Positions 28,526 to 38,968 are shown, counted from the first letter of the stretch. The stretch is 64,000 nt of DNA from Candidatus Latescibacterota bacterium (GCA_965237675.1 OZ250150.1:4000001-4064000); one strand, 5' to 3'. Translations and numbers: made by a program. Notes: generated from the letters alone by a model not told the origin.

Positions 28526-29095
28526 TCAGTCCGCGGCGCCAAAAGCCAGTCCCACGCTGAAACGGAACGAGGAGTCCGTTTCCTCGTTGGCGATCATCAT
28601 CTTGAGTTCCCCGAACCAGAGCAGACCCGGGCCAACCCGTCTCCGGAACCCAAGTGGAATATTCAAGGTGACCTTCGTGTCGTCCGGGACCGTGAGGTTG
28701 ACCGTGCCCCGCTGCCCCCCTTGCTCGATAATGTCAATCCGTGTCAGATGCACGCCGATCCCGCCGCCCACGTAACCGAAAGTGTTGCCCTGGCCGAAAA
28801 TAAACTGCGCTTCTCCATTCAGGATATATATCTTCATATTTTCCTGAATGACCAGATCCGCCCCCGGAACGAGATGGAGACGCGGTATGAAAATGGATCC
28901 GAAATCGACGTGTCCGCCAAGCGCCAGCCGGGCCGAATCGAACTCGTATCCGGAGAAATTCTGCGCCTCCTGGCGGGTGAGGTCCACGCCAACCTTGACA
29001 CCAAGCCCACGCAACCCGAGCGCGTCCACCCGGCAGTGACCCAGCACCACGCAGGCCACAATCAAACCGATTGTCCAGCGTGTAGGTTTGCACAT
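28526..29095 (-). CDS. Outer-membrane beta-barrel protein
   Basis: Signal peptide, alternating amphipathic strands, YVGGGIG, terminal strand FSVGLAF. Confidence 0.7.
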   Translation of the reverse strand: MCKPTRWTIGLIVACVVLGHCRVDALGLRGLGVKVGVDLTRQEAQNFSGYEFDSARLALGGHVDFGSIFIPRLHLVPGADLVIQENMKIYILNGEAQFIFGQGNTFGYVGGGIGVHLTRIDIIEQGGQRGTVNLTVPDDTKVTLNIPLGFRRRVGPGLLWFGELKMMIANEETDSSFRFSVGLAFGAAD

Positions 29096-29174
29096 AGGGT
29101 TACCCCCTTTTTCTGTGAGTGCCCGGTGGTTGGCCCCGTCCCGGCGAAACCTCACGCCGCCCGCCATCGTGCCA

Positions 29175-30272
29175 TCATACGTTGAAGAGGAATCGAACAA
29201 CGTCTCCGGCTCGAATGGGATACTGCCTTCCTTCGGCGCGGATCCGGCCCGTTTCACGTAACCCGGCGATGCTGCCGGCAGCCAGGACGTCCCTGTAGGC
29301 AGCAACTTCCGCCCGGATGAAACCGTGTTCCATGTCCGAATGAATCCTGCCTGCTGCGGCAGGTGCCCGCGTGCCCTCAAGTACTTCCCAGGCCTGCAGC
29401 TTTTCGTTTGCGGTGGTATAAAAGGAAATCAGGCCCAAGAGGGCGTAACCGGCACGAATCAGCCGGTTCACCCCCGGCTGATTCAGCCCCATATCCGCGA
29501 CAAAGGCCGCCCGGTCGGCCGGCGGTAACTCGGCGACCTCCGCCTCAATCTGCGCCGCCAGCGGAAGCAACCTCCCGGCCCCGACCAATGCCCGCAACCG
29601 GTCGGTTTGGTCGCCCCCGTCGGGCAAATCCGTCTCCCGAATGTTCGCCACGTACAAGACGGGTTTGGCAGAAAGGAAATTGAAGGGCCTAATGGCCTCC
29701 ATCTGCGCTTTCGTCAGGTCCTGTTCCCCTATGGACACGGACCGTTCGAGCCCCTGGATGGCATTTCGCAAGGATTCGTACACGAAGCGTTCCGGCGCCC
29801 GGGGACTTGAACGCAACACCTTTTCAAGTCGGCGCGCGATCCCCTCCGCCGATTCGAGATCGGCCAGTTCCAGTTCGGTTTCAACGGTACCGACATCCCG
29901 AACCGGATCCACGCCACCGTCCACGTGCGGAACCTTATCGTTCTCATAGCACCGAACCACGTGAACCAGCGCGTCGACCTCCCGAATCCGCGCCAGAAAC
30001 CGGTTGCCCAGTCCCTCACCGTGGCTGGCACCCCGAACCAGTCCGGCAATGTCCACAAAGTGAACGAACGCAGGAATGCAGGCCTCTGGTTCAAGCAGTT
30101 CATTCAACCGTTGCAGGCGCTCGTCCGGTACTTCCACGACACCGACATTGGGTTCAACGGTGCAAAATGGATAGTTTGATGCTTCAACGCCGCCACTGGT
30201 GAGCGCGTTGAACAGGGTCGACTTACCCACATTTGGCAGGCCGACAATGCCGATATTCAGGGCCATATTCAC
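29175..30272 (-). CDS. ychF: Redox-regulated ATPase YchF
   Basis: GLPNVGKST, NYPFCT, DIAGLV, GEGLGN, IHSD, GFIRAEV motifs. Confidence 0.96.
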   Translation of the reverse strand: MNMALNIGIVGLPNVGKSTLFNALTSGGVEASNYPFCTVEPNVGVVEVPDERLQRLNELLEPEACIPAFVHFVDIAGLVRGASHGEGLGNRFLARIREVDALVHVVRCYENDKVPHVDGGVDPVRDVGTVETELELADLESAEGIARRLEKVLRSSPRAPERFVYESLRNAIQGLERSVSIGEQDLTKAQMEAIRPFNFLSAKPVLYVANIRETDLPDGGDQTDRLRALVGAGRLLPLAAQIEAEVAELPPADRAAFVADMGLNQPGVNRLIRAGYALLGLISFYTTANEKLQAWEVLEGTRAPAAAGRIHSDMEHGFIRAEVAAYRDVLAAGSIAGLRETGRIRAEGRQYPIRAGDVVRFLFNV

Positions 30273-30305
30273 ATGGAGGCTACGGCAGACGCATGTGCGC
30301 CCGAC

Positions 30306-30342
30306 AAAAGAAACAGCCAGCGGCTAGACGTAAACCGCTGGC
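30306..30342 (-). terminator. Intrinsic terminator of the molybdoenzyme operon
   Basis: gccagcgg...ccgctggc hairpin followed by TGTTTCTTTT on the minus strand. Confidence 0.65.
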
Positions 30343-30366
30343 CGACAGAGGCTGGACCATTGATCG

Positions 30367-30633
30367 TTAAAGGCCGCCGCTAATGGCAGTGACAAAGTGA
30401 ACCTCGCTTACCGCCCGTACCTTCTGTCGCATCCCGTCGGTGCTTACAACACCGTCGATGGCAACCGCCAGCCCGGGCTTGATGCGGTCTCCGTCGCAGA
30501 TCCGGTCCTTAATTCCCGGAAAGCTCGCCTCCAGGTTCTCAATAACCTCCCGAATCGTCTGGCCGGGCACCTGAACCTGCTCCTGACCGGCGGTCAGACA
30601 ACGCATCAGAGACGGTATCCAGACCTCCGGCAT
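30367..30633 (-). CDS. MoaD/ThiS family ubiquitin-like sulfur carrier ending GG-L
   Basis: 88 aa with beta-grasp pattern; C-terminus AISGGL. Confidence 0.85.
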   Translation of the reverse strand: MPEVWIPSLMRCLTAGQEQVQVPGQTIREVIENLEASFPGIKDRICDGDRIKPGLAVAIDGVVSTDGMRQKVRAVSEVHFVTAISGGL

Positions 30634-30636
30634 GGC

Positions 30637-32940
30637 TCACCCTTTCCCGTTGCCCCCGCCGTTGCTGCTCCAGAGTGTCTTCAGAACACGCCCCGGAGAC
30701 ATCGGCAAGTCGCGCACACGCACACCCACGGCGTGATAGATCGCATTCGCCACAGCGGCAGGGGGAGGAACAATTGGCACCTCACCCACGCCGCGCACCC
30801 CATACGGATGGCCGGGATTGGGCACCTCGACAATCACCGTCTCAATCATCGGCAGGTCCAGGCAGGTGGGCATACGGTAGTCCAGCAGGCTGGCGTTGAC
30901 CAGGTCGCCCTTCTCGTTGTAGAAATATTCTTCGTTCAATGCCCATCCGATGCCCTGGGCCACGCCGCCCTGCATCTGTCCTTCCACGTAGGCGGGATGT
31001 ATGGCCTTACCCGCATCCTGGACGATGGTAACCCTCAGAATGTCCACCTTTCCGGTGTCGGGATCGACTTCCACGTCCACGACCATGACGGCGTAGGCCG
31101 GCCCCGCCGCCTTTCCCGACACTGCCGCATGCCCGACCACAGGACCGCCCGTCGCACCCAACTTACCCGCCAGTTCCGTGAACGAAATTGCTTTTTCGGG
31201 GTCCGATCTGGATTTGAATTCACCGCCCTCAAAGACCACATCGTCCTCTGATATCTCCCACAGTCTGGCCGCCCTGGCGACCATCTGGCGTTTTGCGTCC
31301 TCCGCCGCCTCGTAACCGGCCCATCCCGTGGCAAAAGTCACGCGGCTCCCGCCGGTACCGTCCGTCTGCCCGATGGCATCGGTATCCACCACCATGGGTT
31401 TCACCTGCGCGGCGGGGATGCCAAGCACCTCGGCAACCTGCATCGCAATGGACGTCCGCGTGCCCCCGATATCGGGCGAACCCTCGACCAGACTGACCGT
31501 GCCGTCGGCATTTACGCTGACCACAACCGTCGAGGTCCCGCCCCCGTTGAACCAGAACCCGGAAGCCACACCGCGACCCCGATTGGGGCCTTCGAGTGTG
31601 GATTGGTAATGGTCTGATGCCATCGCCGCCTTCACGCACTCGTCGTGGCCGATCCTGGGAAAAACGGGACCGTCGGCCCGCCTGCTGCCTTCCATGGCGG
31701 AGTTCTTCAGGCGAAACTCGAGCGGATCCGTGTCCAGAATCTCGCAGATCTCGTCGATCACCGACTCGGCGGCGAAAGCGCCATTGGTTGCCCCGGGCGC
31801 GCGGTATGCAGAGGTCTGTGGTTTGTTGACGACCACGTCGTACCCGTCGATGACCACGTTGGGAATGTCGTACGGAGAAAAGATGCAGCCGGCGCCGGCG
31901 CCCACGGGTGATCCTGGATAGGCCCCGGCCTCGTAGGCCAGATACGCCTGCGCGGCAACCAGCTTGCCGTCGTTTGTGGCGCCCATCTTCACCTTCATAT
32001 AGGAACCCGGAGTGGGGCCCGTCGCTTTTAAGACTTCGGTCCGGCTCATCACCATCTTTACGGGCTTGCCGGTCATTCGGGACATCAACGCGGCCGTCGG
32101 TTCCTGGTAGACTCGGAACTTGCCCCCGAAACCACCGCCGATCTCTGCGGGTACCACCCGCACGTTCGAAGCGGGCACACCCACCACGTCGGCAACCTGG
32201 CCGCGAACCTCGAACGTTCCCTGCGTGCTGGTCCAGATCGTGATCTGACCGTCCAGATTCCAGTGGGCGGTCACGTTGTGGGGTTCGATATAGCCCTGGT
32301 GCACCGTCTGGGTGCTGAACTCCCTCTCGACGACGACATCCGCTTCCTCGAATCCCCTATCGATGTTGCCCAGGGAATGCTGGAAATGACTGGCGATATT
32401 TCCCGGTTTATCGGTCGCTTGACCCAGGGACTTCATCTTCAACGACTCGTGCAGGAGGGGTGCGCCGGCTTCCATGGCGGGACGGACGTCCATCACAGGA
32501 ACCAAGACTTCGTATTCGACGTGGATAAGTGCGAGGGCCTCTTCGGCGATATGCGCAGACGTGGCGGCCACCGCCGCGACCGCGTGGCCCTCGTAAAGCA
32601 CCTTGCCGGAAGCCAATACATTTGTAACCAGGTGTGGCAGGCTAACGGACCCCTCCCCGATGTCGGCCACCTTGTCTTCGTAGTGTTGCGCGAGGTCGGC
32701 ACCCGTCATCACGGCCTTCACGCCCGCGAGGGCTTCGGCCGCGCGCGTATCGATGGACAGAATACGGGCGTGCGCGTGGGGGCTGCGGAGAGTCTTTCCG
32801 ATCAACACGCCGGACGTGTGGGTATCCGCACCGTACTTCGCACGGCCCGTTACCTTATCCATGCCATCGTGGCGGATCGGTCGCGTTCCCACCACATTGT
32901 AACTCTCGATGCCAAGATAGTCTTCGGTTTTTGTCGCCAT
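30637..32940 (-). CDS. Xanthine dehydrogenase family molybdopterin-binding subunit (paralog 2)
   Basis: DKVTGRAKY, RSPHAHA, GGGFGGK, AYRAPG, EGQMQGG, GVGE motifs. Confidence 0.93.
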   Translation of the reverse strand: MATKTEDYLGIESYNVVGTRPIRHDGMDKVTGRAKYGADTHTSGVLIGKTLRSPHAHARILSIDTRAAEALAGVKAVMTGADLAQHYEDKVADIGEGSVSLPHLVTNVLASGKVLYEGHAVAAVAATSAHIAEEALALIHVEYEVLVPVMDVRPAMEAGAPLLHESLKMKSLGQATDKPGNIASHFQHSLGNIDRGFEEADVVVEREFSTQTVHQGYIEPHNVTAHWNLDGQITIWTSTQGTFEVRGQVADVVGVPASNVRVVPAEIGGGFGGKFRVYQEPTAALMSRMTGKPVKMVMSRTEVLKATGPTPGSYMKVKMGATNDGKLVAAQAYLAYEAGAYPGSPVGAGAGCIFSPYDIPNVVIDGYDVVVNKPQTSAYRAPGATNGAFAAESVIDEICEILDTDPLEFRLKNSAMEGSRRADGPVFPRIGHDECVKAAMASDHYQSTLEGPNRGRGVASGFWFNGGGTSTVVVSVNADGTVSLVEGSPDIGGTRTSIAMQVAEVLGIPAAQVKPMVVDTDAIGQTDGTGGSRVTFATGWAGYEAAEDAKRQMVARAARLWEISEDDVVFEGGEFKSRSDPEKAISFTELAGKLGATGGPVVGHAAVSGKAAGPAYAVMVVDVEVDPDTGKVDILRVTIVQDAGKAIHPAYVEGQMQGGVAQGIGWALNEEYFYNEKGDLVNASLLDYRMPTCLDLPMIETVIVEVPNPGHPYGVRGVGEVPIVPPPAAVANAIYHAVGVRVRDLPMSPGRVLKTLWSSNGGGNGKG

Positions 32941-33001
32941 CGTTATCTGATCTCCGGATTTTGCGCGCGGAGCCGTACTCCGGACACGCGCTCGTTGTCA
33001 C

Positions 33002-35281
33002 TTATGAACCGTTTTTACTCCACAACGCCTTCAGAACATTGCCGGGAGACATCGGCAACACGTTCATCCGAACGCCAGCAGCGCGGTAGATGGCATTGGC
33101 CAGCGCCGCCGGGGGCGGCACAATGGGCACCTCTCCGACGCCGCGCACCCCGTAGGGATGGCCGGGATTGGGCACTTCCACAATGATGGTTTCGATCATG
33201 GGAAGGTCCAGGCAGGTCGGCATCCGGTAATCGAGAAGGCTGGCATTGGTCAGCTCGCCCTTCTCGTTGTACCAGTACTCTTCGTTCAGTCCCCATCCGA
33301 TTCCCTGAGCCGCGCCCCCCTGCATCTGGCCCTCGACGTAAGCGGGATGAATGGCCTTGCCTGCATCCTGCACCATGGTCACCCTCAGAATATCCACTTT
33401 GCCCGTATCCGGGTCGGTCTCTACGTCCGCAATCATCATCGAGAATGCCCCCCCAACCCCTTGCGGATCCACGGTCGCACGCCCGACAACCGGCCCACCC
33501 GTCTCGTTAAGTTTCCCTGCCAATTCCTTGAACATCAGTGACTTTGATGGGTCGGACCTGGACTTGAACGTGCCATCCTCAAAAGCCACGTCGTCCGGGG
33601 AGATCTCCCAGTACTTCGCTGCTCGATCGACCATTTGCGCAATGATATCCTGCGCCGCATTGTAGGCAGCCCAGCCCGTTGCGAACGTGACCCTGCTGCC
33701 GCCGGTCACGTCGGTCTCACCCACGCCGTCGGTATCGGCCACGACGGGATTGACGTCTTCCGCCGGAATCCCCAGCGCCTCGGCGAGCTGCATGGCGACC
33801 GAGGTTCTCGTGCCGCCGATATCCGTGGAGCCTTCCACCAGGCTTACGGTGCCGTCGGTATTCACCGACGCGCACGCGCTGGACTTGAGCCCCACGTTGA
33901 ACCAGAAGCCCGAGGCCACCCCCCGGCCCCGGTTTCTGCCCTTCAGAGGCGCGTTGTAGTGGTCGCTTTCCATCGCCGCCTTCAAGACCTCTACGTGACC
34001 AATACGGGGAAACGTGGGTCCGTCCGCACGTCGTGTACCCTCTTTTGCCGTGTTTTTCATTCGGAACTCGAGGGGGTCCTCGCCCAGCCTCTCGCAAAGC
34101 TCGTCTACAATGGTCTCGGAGGCGAAGGCCGCGTTCGTGGCCCCAGGGGCCCTGTAGGCCATCGTCTGCGGCTTATTCACGAGGACATTGTACCCGTCGA
34201 TGGACACATTTTCAATGTCGTATGGCGCGAAAATGCACATCGCGCCGGGTTCGGCCCACGCTCCGGCGAATCCGCCGGACTCGTAGGCCAGATAGGCCTC
34301 GGCGGCCACGAGTTTCCCGTCGTTCGTCGCCCCCATCTTCACCCGTATGTATGACCCGGGCGTCGGCCCCGTGGCCTTGATTACCTCGTCGCGGCTCATG
34401 ACCATTTTAACGGGCTGGCCCGATTTTCTGGACAGAATCGCGGCGACGGGCTCCAGGTAAACCCTGATTTTGCCGCCAAAACCCCCGCCGATTTCGGTGG
34501 GGATCACCCGGACGTTCACGGGCGACATCCGCAGCAGGCCCGCCAGTTGCTCGCGCACCGTGAACGATCCCTGAGTGCTGCACCAGACGGTTAACCGGCC
34601 ATCCGGGTTCCAGAGCGCCGTGGCATTCTGCGGTTCGATGTAACCCTGGTGTACGGTGTCCGTGAAAAACTCCTTCTCGATCACCACATCCGCCACGGCG
34701 AAGCCCTTCTCGATGTCTCCCAGTTTATGCTGAAAGTGCGTGGCGATATTGCTGGGCGTGCCCGTATCTTCGCCCAACGATTGCGTCGTCAGTGTGTCGT
34801 GCAGGCGCGGTGATTCCGGCTTCATGGCCTCCCGCACGTCCAGCAGCGGCTCCAGGACTTCGTATTCCACTTCTATAAGCCCGAGCGCCTCCTCAGCAAT
34901 GTGCGGACTCGTAGCCGCCACGGCAGCCACCGCATGGCCGTCGTAGACCACCTTTCCATCGGCCAGCACGTTTGCCCGCAGGTCCAGCATATTGGCCGCG
35001 CCCTCACCCAGATCCTCGACCTTGTCTTCCGGCACGGGTATATCGGCTACCGTGGCCACAGCCTTCACTCCGCGGAGCGATTCGGCCTTGCCGGTGTCGA
35101 TTGAGACAATGCGCGCGTGGGCGTACGGACTTCGTAACACCTTGCCGGAGATCAGGCCGGACAATTGCACATCCGCTCCGTAAATAGCCCGTCCGGTGAC
35201 CTTGTCGACGCCATCGTGTCTGATGGGCCGCGTGCCCAGCACCTTATAGTCTGTAATTCCAAGAAACGCTTCGCCGGACAT
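33002..35281 (-). CDS. Xanthine dehydrogenase family molybdopterin-binding subunit (paralog 1)
   Basis: Same motifs as paralog 2; ATG at 35281 overlaps the TAA of the Fe-S subunit. Confidence 0.93.
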   Translation of the reverse strand: MSGEAFLGITDYKVLGTRPIRHDGVDKVTGRAIYGADVQLSGLISGKVLRSPYAHARIVSIDTGKAESLRGVKAVATVADIPVPEDKVEDLGEGAANMLDLRANVLADGKVVYDGHAVAAVAATSPHIAEEALGLIEVEYEVLEPLLDVREAMKPESPRLHDTLTTQSLGEDTGTPSNIATHFQHKLGDIEKGFAVADVVIEKEFFTDTVHQGYIEPQNATALWNPDGRLTVWCSTQGSFTVREQLAGLLRMSPVNVRVIPTEIGGGFGGKIRVYLEPVAAILSRKSGQPVKMVMSRDEVIKATGPTPGSYIRVKMGATNDGKLVAAEAYLAYESGGFAGAWAEPGAMCIFAPYDIENVSIDGYNVLVNKPQTMAYRAPGATNAAFASETIVDELCERLGEDPLEFRMKNTAKEGTRRADGPTFPRIGHVEVLKAAMESDHYNAPLKGRNRGRGVASGFWFNVGLKSSACASVNTDGTVSLVEGSTDIGGTRTSVAMQLAEALGIPAEDVNPVVADTDGVGETDVTGGSRVTFATGWAAYNAAQDIIAQMVDRAAKYWEISPDDVAFEDGTFKSRSDPSKSLMFKELAGKLNETGGPVVGRATVDPQGVGGAFSMMIADVETDPDTGKVDILRVTMVQDAGKAIHPAYVEGQMQGGAAQGIGWGLNEEYWYNEKGELTNASLLDYRMPTCLDLPMIETIIVEVPNPGHPYGVRGVGEVPIVPPPAALANAIYRAAGVRMNVLPMSPGNVLKALWSKNGS

Positions 35282-35763
35282 TACGCCGTCTCCTTCATCG
35301 TTCGGGCGGTGTCTATGACCGCTCTGACGATCTTGTCGTACCCCGTGCACCGGCAAAGATTCCCCGCCAGCCACAGGCGAATCCGGTGCTCGTCGGGGTC
35401 TGGTTCCCGGTCCAGCAGCGCCTTCGCCGCCACGATGAATCCGGGCGTGCATACCCCGCACTGAAGGGCCGCATGCTCCAGGAATTTCTGCTGTAGGGGA
35501 TGCAGCCCCTCGGCGGTGGCCACCCCCTCGATGGTGGTGATGTCGCACCCCTCCGCCTCGACGCCCAGCGCCAGACAGGAGTTGATCACGCGGCCGTCTA
35601 CAATCACGCTGCATGCGCCACAGTTGCCGTTGCCACACCCCTCTTTGGCACCGGTGAGACCCAGGTTGTCGCGAAGCACCTCCAGCAGCGTATCCCGGGG
35701 TTCACACAGAAATTCCGTTTCTTCTCCGTTGATCGTTGTTGTCACATGAACTTTGCCAGCCAT
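35281..35763 (-). CDS. (2Fe-2S)-binding subunit (CoxS/XdhC-type)
   Basis: GCGNGNCGAC, QCGVCTPG, NLCRCTGY motifs. Confidence 0.95.
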   Translation of the reverse strand: MAGKVHVTTTINGEETEFLCEPRDTLLEVLRDNLGLTGAKEGCGNGNCGACSVIVDGRVINSCLALGVEAEGCDITTIEGVATAEGLHPLQQKFLEHAALQCGVCTPGFIVAAKALLDREPDPDEHRIRLWLAGNLCRCTGYDKIVRAVIDTARTMKETA

Positions 35764-35816
35764 CGTTTGCGGACTCCTATATTCGCGTATGGGCAGGTGA
35801 TTCAAGAACCCTCGAT

Positions 35817-36686
35817 TTATCTCGCGCGTTCCACCGCACCGCAGACTGCACGCCGGGTCAATACCCCCGTCAGATGTTTCCGCTGCTCAATGGTCCCGCG
35901 CATATCTGTAATGGGTACGGCGGATTGCCGAGCGATCTCGGCTGCCGACTCGATTGTCTGATCAGAAACCTCGTTACCGGCAAGGGCCGTCCCCGCGTCG
36001 GGCAGGTAAAGAGGGATGGGCGCCACCGCGCCCACGGCGATTCGGGCGGACTCGAACGCGTTCTTCTCGGCGTTCAACACCACGGACGCCGCGACGTTGA
36101 CAACGGCGATATCCATTTCGTTCCGGGGAATGAAACGGAGAAAATACGCCCCGGAGTTCGCTGCGGGAGGAGGAAAATGGACGGACACCAGGAACTCGCC
36201 GTCCTCTAAGACGGAGCGCCCGGGAGCCGTGCAGAAGTCCTCCGCAGCGACCTCTCGACCAGCGCCGGGTCCGGCGATTTTCGCGGTCGCCCCAAGGACG
36301 ATCAGCGTGGGTATGGTATCTGCCGCCGGGGACGCATTACACAGGTTTCCGCCGATTGTGGCCCGACCCTGGATCTGGATGGAGCCGATGAGCGCGGTCG
36401 AATCCACGAGCGCCGGGTAATTTGACGCCACATCCTCGTGTTCGTAGATGTCGCAACACGACACCCCGGCGCCGACCGTCAATCCGTGTTGGGAATCGTA
36501 AGAGAGTTCGTTCGCCTCGGGTATCTTTTTGACATCCACCAACACCTTCACCTGCCGTCGACCCTCTTTCAACTGTGCGATAATGTCGGAACCGCCCGCC
36601 AGCATCCTGGCATCCGAGCCATTTTCCGAAAGCACGGCGACGGCTTCGTCGACGGATTGGGGCGCTACGTAATCGAACGCTTGCAA
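35817..36686 (-). CDS. FAD-binding subunit (CoxM/CutM-type)
   Basis: LAGGSD, ATIGGNLCNASPAAD, DMRGT motifs. Confidence 0.93.
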   Translation of the reverse strand: MQAFDYVAPQSVDEAVAVLSENGSDARMLAGGSDIIAQLKEGRRQVKVLVDVKKIPEANELSYDSQHGLTVGAGVSCCDIYEHEDVASNYPALVDSTALIGSIQIQGRATIGGNLCNASPAADTIPTLIVLGATAKIAGPGAGREVAAEDFCTAPGRSVLEDGEFLVSVHFPPPAANSGAYFLRFIPRNEMDIAVVNVAASVVLNAEKNAFESARIAVGAVAPIPLYLPDAGTALAGNEVSDQTIESAAEIARQSAVPITDMRGTIEQRKHLTGVLTRRAVCGAVERAR

Positions 36687-36863
36687 AGTTCTTCCTCCTG
36701 TACGTTGTTGGGATATCCTTCAGCCGGTATCAAAAAGTGATGCGGATCGCGGGTAAGAATAAGCCTTCATCGCCCTGTTGTCAAGGGTTTTTGGGGCGCA
36801 TTCCTCAGCCGCTTTCTCGACATGTGTCCGTGGGTTGAATCTCGGTATGCCTGCGCGACGGGA

Positions 36864-37964
36864 TTACCTGTAACCCCCGTCGAGTGGAGCGGTCGAGGCG
36901 CCTGTTTTCGGCCGTTTTGCGCAGAGGACGGTGTATCCGAAACGTGACCCCAGCCGCTCTACGGACCCGAAGGTGCGTTTCATCTGACGATAATACATCC
37001 CGGGGCGCATCGCCACGGCTATGAATCGGCCCTTCGAGTCCAGGTGGCGGGCGGCGCCTTGCGCAAACATGCGGGCCGTCGCGGTGCCCTGATGGGTGGG
37101 CGCATTGCACAGGACGAGGTCAAAGCAGCGCCCTGAAACGGCTTCAAAACCGTCACTGAGGACGACCCTGGCGTTCGTAAAACCATTGAGGATGATATTT
37201 CGTTTCGCGCAGCGGATTGCCAGCAGGCTCGCATCCAGGAGCATGACCTCGCGCGCCCGCCGGGCGGCTGCGATGCCAATTGCTCCGTATCCGCATCCGA
37301 GATCAAGCACGCGATCACCCGGCTGAACTTCCGCCGTTTCAATCAGGAATCGAGTACCCGGGTCCAGCCCGTCACTCGAAAATACGCCTGGCACGGCCTC
37401 GAATGCACAGGCCCCTCCCGGAAAATCGGCAACCTCGAACGCACGAACCGTATTCAGCGGTTCCGCGCCCGCCTCGGCAACAATCTTGTACGACAGGTAG
37501 ATCCGGAATCCGGATTTTCCCTCCGCCCTCTCTACGCGCCCAAAAACCGCCTCCAACCGCTTCCTGTAGCTCTCCACACCGGCACCCCGCCTTCCGGCCA
37601 GAAGGAACCGGCCGCGTATCGCCATTTTGTGAAAGGCGGCGTCGATGAGTTCGAACACCCGCGCCTTGGCCGACCACCGGGCAGGACCGTAGACCACAAC
37701 GTCAAATGGCGCCCCCGAGACGTCTGCAGGAGAGGCCTCGAGCGACGTGCGCACATTGCACGACGCCTTGCGCAGGATCATGTCCTCACATAATCTCACT
37801 GCACGCAGATCGGAACTCACAAAGTGGACCCCGGCGGTGCTCAGGTCAAGCCCTACGGGAAGCCCGGCCATTCCCAGGTCCAGAACACGTTCGTGTGTTT
37901 GGACCGCCGCGGCCACCAGCAACGCAGACGCTTCCTGACCCTGGGGTCTGTGCGATCTTCCCAT
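36864..37964 (-). CDS. Class I SAM methyltransferase, RsmC/MTS-like (two-domain)
   Basis: PGVFSSDGLDPGT, LDLGCGYGAIG, NAPTH motifs. Confidence 0.85.
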   Translation of the reverse strand: MGRSHRPQGQEASALLVAAAVQTHERVLDLGMAGLPVGLDLSTAGVHFVSSDLRAVRLCEDMILRKASCNVRTSLEASPADVSGAPFDVVVYGPARWSAKARVFELIDAAFHKMAIRGRFLLAGRRGAGVESYRKRLEAVFGRVERAEGKSGFRIYLSYKIVAEAGAEPLNTVRAFEVADFPGGACAFEAVPGVFSSDGLDPGTRFLIETAEVQPGDRVLDLGCGYGAIGIAAARRAREVMLLDASLLAIRCAKRNIILNGFTNARVVLSDGFEAVSGRCFDLVLCNAPTHQGTATARMFAQGAARHLDSKGRFIAVAMRPGMYYRQMKRTFGSVERLGSRFGYTVLCAKRPKTGASTAPLDGGYR

Positions 37965-38149
37965 CAGTCTTTCCTTCCGAATTCGCCACACGACAAAAAA
38001 GAATGTCAGCGATTGGCGGTCAGACCGCCAATCCAATCCTCAGCAAGGACGCAAGACGCGAAACACGGACCACGTTCAGGCAACCGGTGTTCCTCTGTGC
38101 GATCCCTGGTAGCCGAAATGCCTTCGTTCGTGTAGTCAAGGCGGCGAGT

Positions 38150-38968
38150 TCACCCGCTGCGCTTCAGACGTCCCGTCCGCTTGGCGTAGACCTCTGCGAC
38201 GTGAAAAACCCAGAGCCCCAGGGGGACCATGATTGCGCCCGACACCACCAGAATAATGAGATCGCCCTGCACGTCGGCCACGCTGGCGTTGTTCAGCAAG
38301 GCCCTCCGGATGGACCGAAGCGCATAGGTCCCGGGCGAAAAAGTCGATAGTGGCCGCAGCCAGTCGGGCAGAACCGATACATCGTAGTACACCCCGGAAA
38401 TCAGAAGCACGAAGGTGCCGAAAATGTCGGTTGCGCGCGCGCCTTTCTCCGGGGAAAGAAGCGGAAATACGGCCGCCATGAGCCCCATTCCCAGAAACGA
38501 GAGACTGGCGGTCGCCAGAACAGCGACCGCTGTGGTAAGGTTCGCATCCGAAAGGCTCAGATCAAAGAACGACACCGCCGACACGAGGACCACGCCCGAT
38601 CTCAAGAAACCGTAGATGATGGCATACACGCATTGGCCGGCGAGGTGGGTCAGCCGGTAGACAGGCGACATGAATGTATATTCGATGGTCCCTTCCCAGC
38701 GCTCCCACGCCACGGCGTCGGCGACTTCGAAGAAGAGCAGTCGAAGAAAGTTCCACAGCACGGCACCCACGATCAGAAAAAGCACCGCCTCACGTACCTT
38801 TACCGGGTCGTTTCCGCCCATATACACGCCGATCAAACCGATGGTAAGCGCGTGTACCACGTTCCAGACCACAAAAATCAGTTCCCAGCTTGCGTACCGC
38901 CTCGCCAGGTTGAAATTCCTTTCGATAAATGCTACAGACGCTCTGATCTCGGCGGTCACCGAGTTCAT
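38150..38968 (-). CDS. ABC-2 type exporter permease
   Basis: ERWEGTIEY, six TM helices, LPDWLR. Confidence 0.88.
   Translation of the reverse strand: MNSVTAEIRASVAFIERNFNLARRYASWELIFVVWNVVHALTIGLIGVYMGGNDPVKVREAVLFLIVGAVLWNFLRLLFFEVADAVAWERWEGTIEYTFMSPVYRLTHLAGQCVYAIIYGFLRSGVVLVSAVSFFDLSLSDANLTTAVAVLATASLSFLGMGLMAAVFPLLSPEKGARATDIFGTFVLLISGVYYDVSVLPDWLRPLSTFSPGTYALRSIRRALLNNASVADVQGDLIILVVSGAIMVPLGLWVFHVAEVYAKRTGRLKRSG

Noticed and set aside
30637-35281. Aerobic CO dehydrogenase (CoxL)
   Set aside because: The active-site loop is AYRAPG, not form I AYxCSFR or form II AYRGAGR.
35282-35638. N-terminal extension of the 878-aa ORF 33002-35638
   Set aside because: It overlaps the 2Fe-2S gene in another frame. 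The real start is ATG 35281, matching the paralog's N-terminus.
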